Source of the DNA: an uncultured virus (IMG/VR IMGVR_UViG_3300008110_000249)
Taxonomy: Duplodnaviria; Heunggongvirae; Uroviricota; Caudoviricetes
Direction: 5' to 3' (one strand)
Length of the DNA stretch: 64,000 nt
Virus record (IMG/VR): IMGVR_UViG_3300008110_000249
Made by a program: the position numbers and the translations under genes. The first letter of the stretch is position 1, and every line of letters begins with the position of its first letter. Shown here piece after piece: positions 1-8,088 of this stretch. The notes beneath the pieces are model-generated. The model was not told the DNA's origin and searched no databases. It saw nothing but the letters and a program-made list of their open reading frames with translations.

Positions 1-2153
1 GTTTCTGTTTGATTTAATAATGCTAAAAATATAGATATATCTATATTATCATTAGTTATATCATTTACATAAAGCACAGTAGCCGATGGTTGTGTAACAT
101 TATTCCATATAATGTATCCATTACTAGGAGGCGCGCTAGTAGTGCTAGTATTAGCAAAGTATTCAAAAATAGTACTAGAAATACCAGGGGAGCCGCTAAA
201 TCCGCTTACACCGGTGTAACCGCTTACACCAGTAAATCCACTTACACCAGTGAAGCCACTTACACCTGTATATCCACTAACTCCAGTAAAGCCACTTATA
301 CCTGAATAGCCACTTACACCACTAAATCCACTGACACCAGTAAAGCCGCTAACACCAGTAAAGCCACTTATACCTGAGCCACTAAAGCCACTAACTCCGG
401 TATATCCGCTAACACCAGTAAAGCCACTTATACCTGATCCACTAAAGCCACTAACTCCTGTGAATCCACTAACTCCTGTGAATCCACTAATACCAGTAAA
501 GCCACTAACTCCGCTAAATCCACTAATACCTGAACCACTAAATCCACTAACTCCAGTAAAGCCACTTACACCAGTAAAGCCACTTGCACCGGTGTAACCA
601 CTAACACCTGAAAAACCTGATACACCTGTAAATCCACTAATTCCGGTATATCCGCTAACACCAGTAAAGCCACTTATGCCCGTAGTTCCACTAAATCCTG
701 AATAACCACTTATACCTGTAGTTCCACTAAATCCTGAATAACCACTTATACCTGAGCCACTGAAACCACTTACGCCTGATCCACTGAAGCCACTTACACC
801 ACTAAATCCACTGACACCAGTAGTTCCACTAAATCCACTGACACCAGTAAATCCAGACCTTCCGCTATATCCACTGATCCCAGATCCTGAGTATCCTGAA
901 ATGCCAGATCCTGAGTATCCTGAAATGCCACTAAATCCACTAGCACCGTCAGTAACAGTAGGATCTGCAAATAATACCCATTGCGAACTTACGCCGTCAT
1001 CGTAATAGAAGTATGATTTTCCTGTAGTAGTATCATACCATATTAGTCCAGCAACAGGAGAGCCAGGTGGAGTAGTTCCTGTATATATAGTATATTCAGG
1101 TCCGCTATATCCACTTGTACCTGAAAAACCACTAACTCCGCTATAGCCACTTATTCCTGAGAAGCCACTTATGCCTGAATAACCACTTAAACCTAAACCA
1201 CTAAATCCAGAACGTCCAGAAAAGCCACTGATTCCTGAACCACTAAATCCACTTACTCCACTGAAGCCCGAACGTCCTGAAAAACCACTAATGCCACTAG
1301 GTCCTTGAATAGGACCTACATTAGTCCAAGTATTGTCTCCGTTACTAACTGCGCCATCGCCTGCATTATAACCCCCGCCAGCACCTAATACTACATATAA
1401 TGTACCAGCTGGAGTTCCATTTGGTAATAAGGTATAATTTGCTACACTGCCTGTTAAGGAAATAGATTTACCTGAATAGCCACTAACTCCTGAACCGCTG
1501 TATCCTGATTTACCACTAATACCAGTTTGACCACTAAACCCTGATCTACCACTAAAGCCACTGTAACTTGAATATCCGCTATAGCCCGAGATACCAATTT
1601 GTCCACTAAACCCTGAAATGCCTCGCTGACCACTATATCCTGATTTGCCCGAATAACCACTAGTACCAGAAAGACCTACTATACCTGTAATATTACTGCC
1701 GTCTCCATACAAATAATTTGCAGAAACTATGTTAGCACTAATATTACCACTAGACTGTATCGTATCTACAGTTAGTATATTTGTGTTTTTATCGTAAGTA
1801 AAACCTGCGTCACCTCCAAATGTACCAGCGTCATTAAACTGAACTTGGGTATTAGTACCACCGGGTGATCCATTACCGCCACCACCATTGCCGCCTGCTG
1901 CCCAAGTTAAATTACCTGTACCGTCAGTTTGTAAGAAATATCCATTATTGCCACCATATATAGTGACATTACTAACATCTCCTAAAATTACATTACCTGA
2001 TGCAGAAAAGTTGTTAGATGAAATATTGTTTGCAACAACATTTCCGTTAGGAGACATAACATTAGTAACTATGTTACCGTTAGAATCTGCTACATTAGTA
2101 GCAGGTATACCTACACTAAATCCACCTACTGAATTAAACGGATTTGCCGCCAT
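1..2153 (-). CDS. Ser-Gly triplet-repeat (collagen-like/polyglycine-II) virion fibre or decoration protein, 3'-truncated by the window edge (>717 aa)
   Basis: Translated by hand from ATG at 2153 (MAANPFNSVGGFSVGIP...). The frame is open to position 1, which is why it is missing from the ORF track. It has long (S-G-X)n tracts such as SGFSGISGYSG, fibre-type motifs PGGTNTQVQFNDAGTFGGD and PPGSPVAGLIWYDT, an AGGA RBS and a TAAATA box at 2183-2188. Confidence 0.85.
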   Translation of the reverse strand, partial: MAANPFNSVGGFSVGIPATNVADSNGNIVTNVMSPNGNVVANNISSNNFSASGNVILGDVSNVTIYGGNNGYFLQTDGTGNLTWAAGGNGGGGNGSPGGTNTQVQFNDAGTFGGDAGFTYDKNTNILTVDTIQSSGNISANIVSANYLYGDGSNITGIVGLSGTSGYSGKSGYSGQRGISGFSGQIGISGYSGYSSYSGFSGRSGFSGQTGISGKSGYSGSGVSGYSGKSISLTGSVANYTLLPNGTPAGTLYVVLGAGGGYNAGDGAVSNGDNTWTNVGPIQGPSGISGFSGRSGFSGVSGFSGSGISGFSGRSGFSGLGLSGYSGISGFSGISGYSGVSGFSGTSGYSGPEYTIYTGTTPPGSPVAGLIWYDTTTGKSYFYYDDGVSSQWVLFADPTVTDGASGFSGISGYSGSGISGYSGSGISGYSGRSGFTGVSGFSGTTGVSGFSGVSGFSGSGVSGFSGSGISGYSGFSGTTGISGYSGFSGTTGISGFTGVSGYTGISGFTGVSGFSGVSGYTGASGFTGVSGFTGVSGFSGSGISGFSGVSGFTGISGFTGVSGFTGVSGFSGSGISGFTGVSGYTGVSGFSGSGISGFTGVSGFTGVSGFSGVSGYSGISGFTGVSGYTGVSGFTGVSGFTGVSGYTGVSGFSGSPGISSTIFEYFANTSTTSAPPSNGYIIWNNVTQPSATVLYVNDITNDNIDISIFLALLNQTE
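682..753. repeat. Perfect 2 x 36-bp tandem duplication inside the Ser-Gly repeat tract
   Basis: gtagttccactaaatcctgaataaccacttatacct occurs at 682-717 and 718-753. Confidence 0.9.
880..927. repeat. Perfect 2 x 24-bp tandem duplication inside the Ser-Gly repeat tract
   Basis: ccagatcctgagtatcctgaaatg occurs at 880-903 and 904-927. Confidence 0.9.
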
Positions 2154-2239
2154 GTATAATCCTAAAAATTTTTGTTATTATATATTTATCTGTGGTAAAT
2201 AAATAATTCAGTGAATAAAAGTTCTATGGATATCTTTTT

Positions 2240-2605
2240 ATGCTTACAAAACAACCACATCGAACACTGTGTATCAATTGTAAAATATCATTAGCCAAAC
2301 CAAATGGTATGAGTAAGCACGGCTTCATCAAGTGGCATAAATATTGCGCTAGTTGCGCGAAGGCAGCATATAATTCAAAATTTGGTTATCTGTTACATAA
2401 AAAAAATAGTTGTGAAGAGTGTAATTTTATACCACAAGATAAATGTCAATTAGATATTATCTATAAAGATGGTAACAAAAAGAATAAAGAAAAAAGCAAT
2501 CTAAAAACTTTGTGTGCAAACTGTAATAGAATACATCAAAAGAACTTAAGATCAAAGAAAAAATCTATACTAGATATCACGGTAGACAGCGATATTATCC
2601 TATAA
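2240..2605 (+). CDS. Zinc-finger protein with a degenerate HNH fold
   Basis: Four CxxC pairs. The C-terminal CEEC...LDIIYKDGNKKN...NLKTLCANCNR follows the HNH pattern but lacks the His residues. Confidence 0.7.
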   Translation: MLTKQPHRTLCINCKISLAKPNGMSKHGFIKWHKYCASCAKAAYNSKFGYLLHKKNSCEECNFIPQDKCQLDIIYKDGNKKNKEKSNLKTLCANCNRIHQKNLRSKKKSILDITVDSDIIL

Positions 2606-2630
2606 ACAAAAAGGGAGACCGAAGTCTCCC
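2604..2630 (-). terminator. Rho-independent terminator for minus-strand transcription downstream of the head genes
   Basis: Minus strand reads GGGAGAC-TTCG-GTCTCCC-TTTTTGTTT: a 7-bp GC stem, UUCG loop and U-tract. Confidence 0.9.
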
Positions 2631-2667
2631 AGTTTGTCTTCCCATCCCGAAGGGTTGATATTATTAT

Positions 2668-3087
2668 TTAGTCAGTACGGTGAAAAAGATTTAATAATGA
2701 CTGGTTATTTTTAAATTCAATCACAATTACATCACTTGCCGTCTCATCATTCCAATCAAAACCATAATCATCTGCTAATTCTTCATATTCAAAATCAGTA
2801 GGATCTAGCATTCCCCAAGACTCTATTTCATCAAATGTTTTTGGTTTAGCATCGGCATCCCAGTAATCTCCGTTATATAAAACTGCTACGTGACCTAATG
2901 GATGTTTACCGTAATCAAGCATTGCACGATTAAAAACTCCTACTATTTTACCTGTATTTTGAAATACATTTTTATTGATAGATATAGCAGATTCTGGACA
3001 ATCACCACTAAAACCGTTAAGGTTTAGTTTTCGAATTTTATCTGAGATTGTTCTTGTATTTTCGCCGGTGACTTCATTTATACGCAT
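2668..3087 (-). CDS. Putative papain/transglutaminase-fold (Cys-His-Asp) protein, probably head-packaged; likely start is MRINEV at 3087
   Basis: Motifs GDC...GHVAV...WDAD. A perfect TATAAATA at 3093-3100 lies 5 nt before the ATG at 3087. Confidence 0.6.
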   Translation of the reverse strand: MRINEVTGENTRTISDKIRKLNLNGFSGDCPESAISINKNVFQNTGKIVGVFNRAMLDYGKHPLGHVAVLYNGDYWDADAKPKTFDEIESWGMLDPTDFEYEELADDYGFDWNDETASDVIVIEFKNNQSLLNLFHRTD

Positions 3088-3092
3088 TATTG

Positions 3093-3100
3093 TATTTATA
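3093..3100 (-). promoter_or_regulatory. T4-type late promoter TATAAATA (representative of the TAAATA boxes across the window)
   Basis: The core also appears upstream of genes at 2183(-), 2196(+), 7116(-), 8067(-), 9829(-), 27681(+), 28171(+), 51298(+), 52077(+) and 54307(+), with a TAAGTA variant at 15197(-). gp55 is encoded in the window. Confidence 0.8.
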
Positions 3101-3170
3101 GTTTTCTTTTCTTTCCACGTAGTTGCCAACCTTCGTCTAGGTATTGTTGTAACGTGTCTTGTTTAACTTT
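3096..3170 (-). pseudogene. Start-less C-terminal remnant resembling the tail of a phage homing endonuclease
   Basis: Reads KVKQDTLQQYLDEGWQLRGKKRKL*, preceded by in-frame TAG TAG and no start codon. YLxxGWxxG-like tails are recalled from phage GIY-YIG/NUMOD endonucleases. Confidence 0.45.
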
Positions 3171-3186
3171 CTACTAATTAAGCCAC

Positions 3187-3213
3187 AAAAAAGCGCACTG
3201 AAGTGCGCTTTTT
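3187..3213. terminator. Bidirectional intrinsic terminator downstream of gp23
   Basis: AAAAAA-GCGCAC-TGAA-GTGCGC-TTTTT. Confidence 0.85.
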
Positions 3214-3214
3214 G

Positions 3215-3242
3215 TTAACACGGCGACTAGTCGCCGTGTTAA
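3215..3242. repeat. Perfect 28-bp spacer-less palindrome
   Basis: TTAACACGGCGACTAGTCGCCGTGTTAA equals its own reverse complement. Confidence 0.95.
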
Positions 3243-3252
3243 ATCTAACATT

Positions 3253-4455
3253 TCACTGAAAGGTTAGGTTCGAAACTGCTATTTCCCCAACATAGTCAGC
3301 AGCATTACCGAATGATGATGCTGTGTTTGTTAATTCGATGTAACCATAACGAGTCATAAATGACACGACTGGTTCGAATGTTGATGGATCTAGAACAACA
3401 CCACTGCTCATCAATGGAATGTATGGGCAATAGAATGCTGCTGCATCTGTCTCGCTAGAACCTTTATAACCAACTAGTACTGGTTGTGTATCAGGTGCAT
3501 AACTGTTTACGAATACACGCATTGCGCCATTCAATGTTCCAACGAACTTAGTGTTTGTTGGGGCTTCGAATGTACCTTCTGTTGTACGAGCAAATGCACT
3601 AGTTGTTGCACTCTGAAGAACAGTCAATGATGCTGGGCTAACAACTGCCCAGTTACCTGCACCACGACGTGTGCGCTGTGCAATTAAGTTAGCAACACGG
3701 TTGATTAGAACGGCTAACGCAGCATGTTCGTCACCAACGTATGTAGCAGTACCACTAACAGTAGCTTGATTGAATGTATATTCAGTAGATGCTAATGTTG
3801 CTAAAGATAGCAGTATTTCTTGGTCAATTTCAGCAGTGATTTCTTGTGCTAGAGCAGCCATAATTTCTGCTTCGACATCAATGCCATGCTGACTTTGTGC
3901 GTCTTGAGCGGCTTCAAATGTCCAACGTGCCTGTAACTTACGGCTCTTGGCTTCAACTGCCTGACGTAGAATCTGAACACTGATCTGACGACCACCATTG
4001 CCCTCTAGGCTTGCTGTAGGTGCTGCTGTGTACTCAGTTGCTGTATCGCCAGCTACACCACTAGGCTGACGCGAATAGGCCTGAGCAATCTTGAATGGGC
4101 TTAATGCCTCTTCACCGGCTGTTACACTGGTTGATGCTGCACTGCTGTCAGTTAACTTGTTAGCATAACGAACACGTAGTGTGTGAATCTGACCAACTGG
4201 TCCTGTCATTGGCTGAACACCAACTAATTCGTTAGCGATAACGGTTGGCATTACACGACGGATAACTGGTAGAATAACACGATTTAGTGTTGCAATGTTA
4301 CCTGCAGTTGTTGTACCTGCTGAACTCTCAGCAAGTAGTTGCTTGCGAGTATTCTCTAAGAGAACACCCATTGTTGAGCGGCGAGTGCCTTTTAAGCCTT
4401 CTAACAGGGCATCTTTAGTCTCGTCCCAACGGCTTTCTAATAAAACTTTAGACAT
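3253..4455 (-). CDS. gp23: Major capsid protein (T4 gp23 family)
   Basis: Motifs GVQPMTGPVGQIHTLR, AKSRKLQARWTFEAAQD, AAFYCPYIPL and FMTRYG; AGGAG RBS. Confidence 0.97.
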   Translation of the reverse strand: MSKVLLESRWDETKDALLEGLKGTRRSTMGVLLENTRKQLLAESSAGTTTAGNIATLNRVILPVIRRVMPTVIANELVGVQPMTGPVGQIHTLRVRYANKLTDSSAASTSVTAGEEALSPFKIAQAYSRQPSGVAGDTATEYTAAPTASLEGNGGRQISVQILRQAVEAKSRKLQARWTFEAAQDAQSQHGIDVEAEIMAALAQEITAEIDQEILLSLATLASTEYTFNQATVSGTATYVGDEHAALAVLINRVANLIAQRTRRGAGNWAVVSPASLTVLQSATTSAFARTTEGTFEAPTNTKFVGTLNGAMRVFVNSYAPDTQPVLVGYKGSSETDAAAFYCPYIPLMSSGVVLDPSTFEPVVSFMTRYGYIELTNTASSFGNAADYVGEIAVSNLTFQ

Positions 4456-4483
4456 ATTAATTTTCTCCTAATAGATGTCGTTT

Positions 4484-5596
4484 TTATAGCCCTGCCAAAC
4501 GCTTAAAGTCGATTAGATTATCTACACCTTCATCCACTTCAACTTGTTTTTTGGCAGATTTATCACCAGTTACTTCAGTAACAACTTTAGATTCTGCAAG
4601 ATTTTGTTTTTCAACTACTTTCTTTTCAGAAACACCTTTGTTAAGAACGGCTGGTAAATACTTATCGAAAGCAACTTTCAATTTTGTTGTCTGTACGCTT
4701 TCTAGTAAGTTCATCATCAATGATGCTTTTTCTTCGTTCAATGGTGAAAGTAGTTCAGCCATTGTTTTTTCACGAATATTAGACTCTTTAATGATACGAA
4801 CTTCACGTTCTTTACTCTCAATCAATGTCTTAGCATTATCCATAATTTTCTTGGCTTCGGCTAATTTTTGATCTTTTTCTTTTAATTGTGATATTAAATT
4901 ACGTGTTTCTGCTTTCTCATTTAAATGAGTTACAGAGAATTCACTCGCAAATGCTTCAAATAACTTGCGACCAAAATTGTTTTCACGTGCAACTTGTATA
5001 TCTTCTTTTAATTGTGACAACTCACCTTTAAGATGTGATGTAACAGAATTGTTGATTTTTTTAGCACTTTCAGAAATAAATTTTTCTTTAAGTAGTTCAA
5101 GTTGTTTGCGACCTTCTGCAACTAACTTTACTTTTGCTTCAACGACTGCTTTCTTATCTTGTGAGAACTCTTTAATTTCACGTGCAAGAGCGTGTACTAT
5201 GAATTGAGACAATTTTTCTTGACTTTCTTTCATTGCTTTACGATCATTACGTAATTCTTTGATTTCTTCTGCTAATTTTGTTATCATAAAATCATTGAAT
5301 TTGCCGGCACTTTCACGAAGTTTTTGTTGTGCTTTTACACGATCTTCATTTAAAGACTGGCGTTCTACATGAAACTCAGAAATCTCACTTTCAAGACCTT
5401 CTGTTATCATTTTATCTAGGGCTTCTACCATCACAGTTCTATCATGCTCATAACGGCGTGCAAACTCTTCTCTGAGTTCCGCACGAACTTGATCACGTGC
5501 CTCATCTAACTTGGTTTTCCATGCTTCATTTAATTGAGCACTTATATCCTCATTAATAAGACCGCTGTCAAGTAATGGTTTTATAGCATCCAACAT
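4484..5596 (-). CDS. gp22: Prohead core scaffolding protein (gp22-like)
   Basis: Coiled-coil, E/K-rich protein with an FGRKLFEAF motif and several L/I-x-E cleavage-type sites, located between protease and capsid genes. Confidence 0.85.
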   Translation of the reverse strand: MLDAIKPLLDSGLINEDISAQLNEAWKTKLDEARDQVRAELREEFARRYEHDRTVMVEALDKMITEGLESEISEFHVERQSLNEDRVKAQQKLRESAGKFNDFMITKLAEEIKELRNDRKAMKESQEKLSQFIVHALAREIKEFSQDKKAVVEAKVKLVAEGRKQLELLKEKFISESAKKINNSVTSHLKGELSQLKEDIQVARENNFGRKLFEAFASEFSVTHLNEKAETRNLISQLKEKDQKLAEAKKIMDNAKTLIESKEREVRIIKESNIREKTMAELLSPLNEEKASLMMNLLESVQTTKLKVAFDKYLPAVLNKGVSEKKVVEKQNLAESKVVTEVTGDKSAKKQVEVDEGVDNLIDFKRLAGL

Positions 5597-5608
5597 GCTT
5601 ATTCCCCT

Positions 5609-6244
5609 TTATTTAATTTTCAGATCCTTGATGAGGCGTTTTACTTCCTCAGCCAAGTATTTCTGTACTGTTTTATCACCTTGTACATCTTTTGCTATAT
5701 CTAGTAACTTATGTCCATGCTTCATGTTGTAAAGCCCTTCATAAATTGCCTTTGGATAAGCATTAGGTGCGCTTGGTTGAGCGACAATATCCACAGTGAC
5801 TATTTCAAAGTCACTAACACGGCCGTCTAAATCGTTTACGTTTCCGCTACCTCGACTAGACACCCCAAGTTTTACACCACTCTCCAACATGGTTTTTACT
5901 AATTGACCCATTGGAGTTGGTAAAATCTTAAGTTTGCCGAAACCATTTGGACCGTCCATCCACATACTAGTAATCATATGAGATACACGATCTAGATTAA
6001 TCTTTAGATCGTCAGGGTGATCTACTTCCCCGAGTACCGAGTACCCTTCTTGTATTTGTTTGTTTAAAGTATCAACGGCGGTTTCTATTTCAGAAACGGG
6101 GTAAACACGCTCATTTGCGTTTTTTACCCCTCCCTGAATGAAAATGCCTTTCATATAAAGGCTTTTCAAACTCCCCTCACCGTCACTTTCGACCACCATA
6201 TTAGCGCGGTCAAAAGTTAGGTGTTCCTTAAGATACAAAGCCAT
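5609..6244 (-). CDS. gp21: Prohead protease (T4 gp21 family)
   Basis: Motifs GIFIQ..VKNANERVYP, GEVDHP, VSH, LGVSSRGSG and DIVAQPSAPNAY. Confidence 0.96.
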   Translation of the reverse strand: MALYLKEHLTFDRANMVVESDGEGSLKSLYMKGIFIQGGVKNANERVYPVSEIETAVDTLNKQIQEGYSVLGEVDHPDDLKINLDRVSHMITSMWMDGPNGFGKLKILPTPMGQLVKTMLESGVKLGVSSRGSGNVNDLDGRVSDFEIVTVDIVAQPSAPNAYPKAIYEGLYNMKHGHKLLDIAKDVQGDKTVQKYLAEEVKRLIKDLKIK

Positions 6245-6258
6245 TTGATCTTATTTCC

Positions 6259-7077
6259 TTATCTAACTACTTTTTTTACAGATTTTTTAGATTCTGCAAC
6301 TGGACTTTTTGTATTAGATCCGTCATCACCTTGCTTAGGGGCAGGAGCCTTTTCTAAATCTTGACTTGACTGTGCCGGTGCATTTTTAAATTGTCCAGCA
6401 TGTTTAACTTGTGTTTCACCTTTAGTGTATGCATTCCCTGGAGCCTTAGGACTTGTAGGAACTGATTCTGCTTGTCCACTGAATCTTACAGGATTAACTC
6501 CGGCTGCTTTAACTTTAGGTTGATTTAATGCTACTGATTTGGTGTTGTCACCGTTATCACCGTGTATTGCGGAAACTTTCTTCAGGGTGATAGATTCCAT
6601 AACTTCTTCGTCTACTGTATCTTCAGCATCAAATTCATCTTCTTCATCGTCAAACTCTTCTTCATCAGACTCATCATCGCCGAAATCTTCTTCCTCTTCA
6701 TCGCCGAAATCTTCTTCATCATTACCCATGATTTGTTCAAATTCAGCCATTAATTGATCCAACTTATCTTCAATACGGATAACTGCATCTTCAACTTCAT
6801 CTGAACCTTCTTGATCATCCATTTCGTCTGCATCAAGATCTACCATTTCTTCATCTTCACCTTCCACCATGCCGCCGGCCTCTTCAGCAGTAATTTCATC
6901 CATAAGATCACCGACTTCACCTACCATTTCTTGTGAATCCATCATTTCTTCATCCATGATAGATTCATAAATTTCTCTTGATTTTTCTACAACAATTTCA
7001 TGAAATAGTTCACGAGCCTGTTCTTCATTTTCATTGATAATTAAATCAATTAGTTGTTCGAATTTTTTGTTATCCAT
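6259..7077 (-). CDS. Highly acidic prohead core/internal head protein
   Basis: Likely start MDNKKFEQ at 7077 with AGGAG RBS and TAAATA at 7116-7121. D/E-rich tract with DFGD repeats. Lies in the head operon. Confidence 0.75.
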   Translation of the reverse strand: MDNKKFEQLIDLIINENEEQARELFHEIVVEKSREIYESIMDEEMMDSQEMVGEVGDLMDEITAEEAGGMVEGEDEEMVDLDADEMDDQEGSDEVEDAVIRIEDKLDQLMAEFEQIMGNDEEDFGDEEEEDFGDDESDEEEFDDEEDEFDAEDTVDEEVMESITLKKVSAIHGDNGDNTKSVALNQPKVKAAGVNPVRFSGQAESVPTSPKAPGNAYTKGETQVKHAGQFKNAPAQSSQDLEKAPAPKQGDDGSNTKSPVAESKKSVKKVVR

Positions 7078-7196
7078 TATAATTTTCTCCTGAATATGAA
7101 TGGCTTTGTAATAAGTATTTATTGAGTATCTTAAAAAACAGCGCAATAACTACTATTTTTTTACGGTTTTATGTGAAATTGCATATATATTCTATT

Positions 7197-7832
7197 ATGC
7201 ATACATTAATTATAGGCGACAGTTGGGCAACTGTTTCACCATGGGGCCATAAAGAATATAACCAAGAACCAAATTATAGTGTTAATATTTCTATAATGGG
7301 GCAAGGTAATATGAATAGTTTAAAATCCGCGTATTTTTATCTGATGGCCAATGAGAGAAAAGTAGATTTAATCGTTTGGTATTTCACTTCTTTGTTGCGC
7401 GATGCCTACCTTACTGATCATTCTTTATCATTCAAAGAATACCTTGATCTCAGTTCTAATTCCATAATAGAATTTTACAATAAAATTCGTAAAGAATTTC
7501 CCGGTCCCAAATGGGCTATAATTGGAGGCCATGCACCTATATATGACATAGAAAAATACACATGGGCAGACTTCATAGTAGAAGATTGGCGTTCAGAAAT
7601 GGTGGGGAAAAAACTTGCAACAAATCAAAGTTTAGGCATGTATAATGCACTAGATATTATCAAAAATATTTCACCTAAATGCACTGATGACATAATAAAA
7701 GAACTTGATGCAGAAAAAACAATTTTAGATATAGGAAAAAAGAATCCTAATATTTTTCCTGATGGCATTCATCCGTCACATGATGAATCAGTAAAGATGT
7801 GCGAAAGAATAATAAATTTTTTTAAACAGTAG
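7197..7832 (+). CDS. SGNH/GDSL hydrolase-family protein
   Basis: Block I IIGDSW, GQGN, and block V DGIHP. Likely start MHTLIIGDS at 7197. Confidence 0.8.
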   Translation: MHTLIIGDSWATVSPWGHKEYNQEPNYSVNISIMGQGNMNSLKSAYFYLMANERKVDLIVWYFTSLLRDAYLTDHSLSFKEYLDLSSNSIIEFYNKIRKEFPGPKWAIIGGHAPIYDIEKYTWADFIVEDWRSEMVGKKLATNQSLGMYNALDIIKNISPKCTDDIIKELDAEKTILDIGKKNPNIFPDGIHPSHDESVKMCERIINFFKQ

Positions 7833-8049
7833 GACTTGGTGCCTCTGCAGTAGGTCCATACTGAGTATGAATTTTTTTCAGATTTTGTTTCTTTTCGTAA
7901 TTACGAACATCTAGCATTTTACGTAGTTTTCTTATTTGTTTTAGTGTTAACTTAGTCTTTCTAGATTGTTTCCAAACTGGCTTACTATTATCTTGTGCAA
8001 CATCTTGATAACCTTCTATAGCTGGATTAAACATTTCAAATAATTTCAT
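7822..8049 (-). CDS. Small basic head-module protein (gp67/68-position analogue)
   Basis: Lies directly after the portal, has an MKLFE N-terminus, TAAATA at 8067-8072 and an AGGA RBS. Confidence 0.7.
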   Translation of the reverse strand: MKLFEMFNPAIEGYQDVAQDNSKPVWKQSRKTKLTLKQIRKLRKMLDVRNYEKKQNLKKIHTQYGPTAEAPSPTV

Positions 8050-8088
8050 TTGGTATTCCTATAAAGTATTTATTGCTATAGATTATAT

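Noticed and set aside
195..945. CRISPR-like or satellite array suggested by recurring ccacta/ccagta units
   Set aside because: The 9-bp periodicity is the codon pattern of the minus-strand (Ser-Gly-X)n protein. There are no constant repeats with unique spacers.
90..2202. Track ORFs 90-305(+), 1454-1660(-) and 1888-2202(+)
   Set aside because: They are shadows or alternate frames of the long minus-strand fibre gene starting at 2153.
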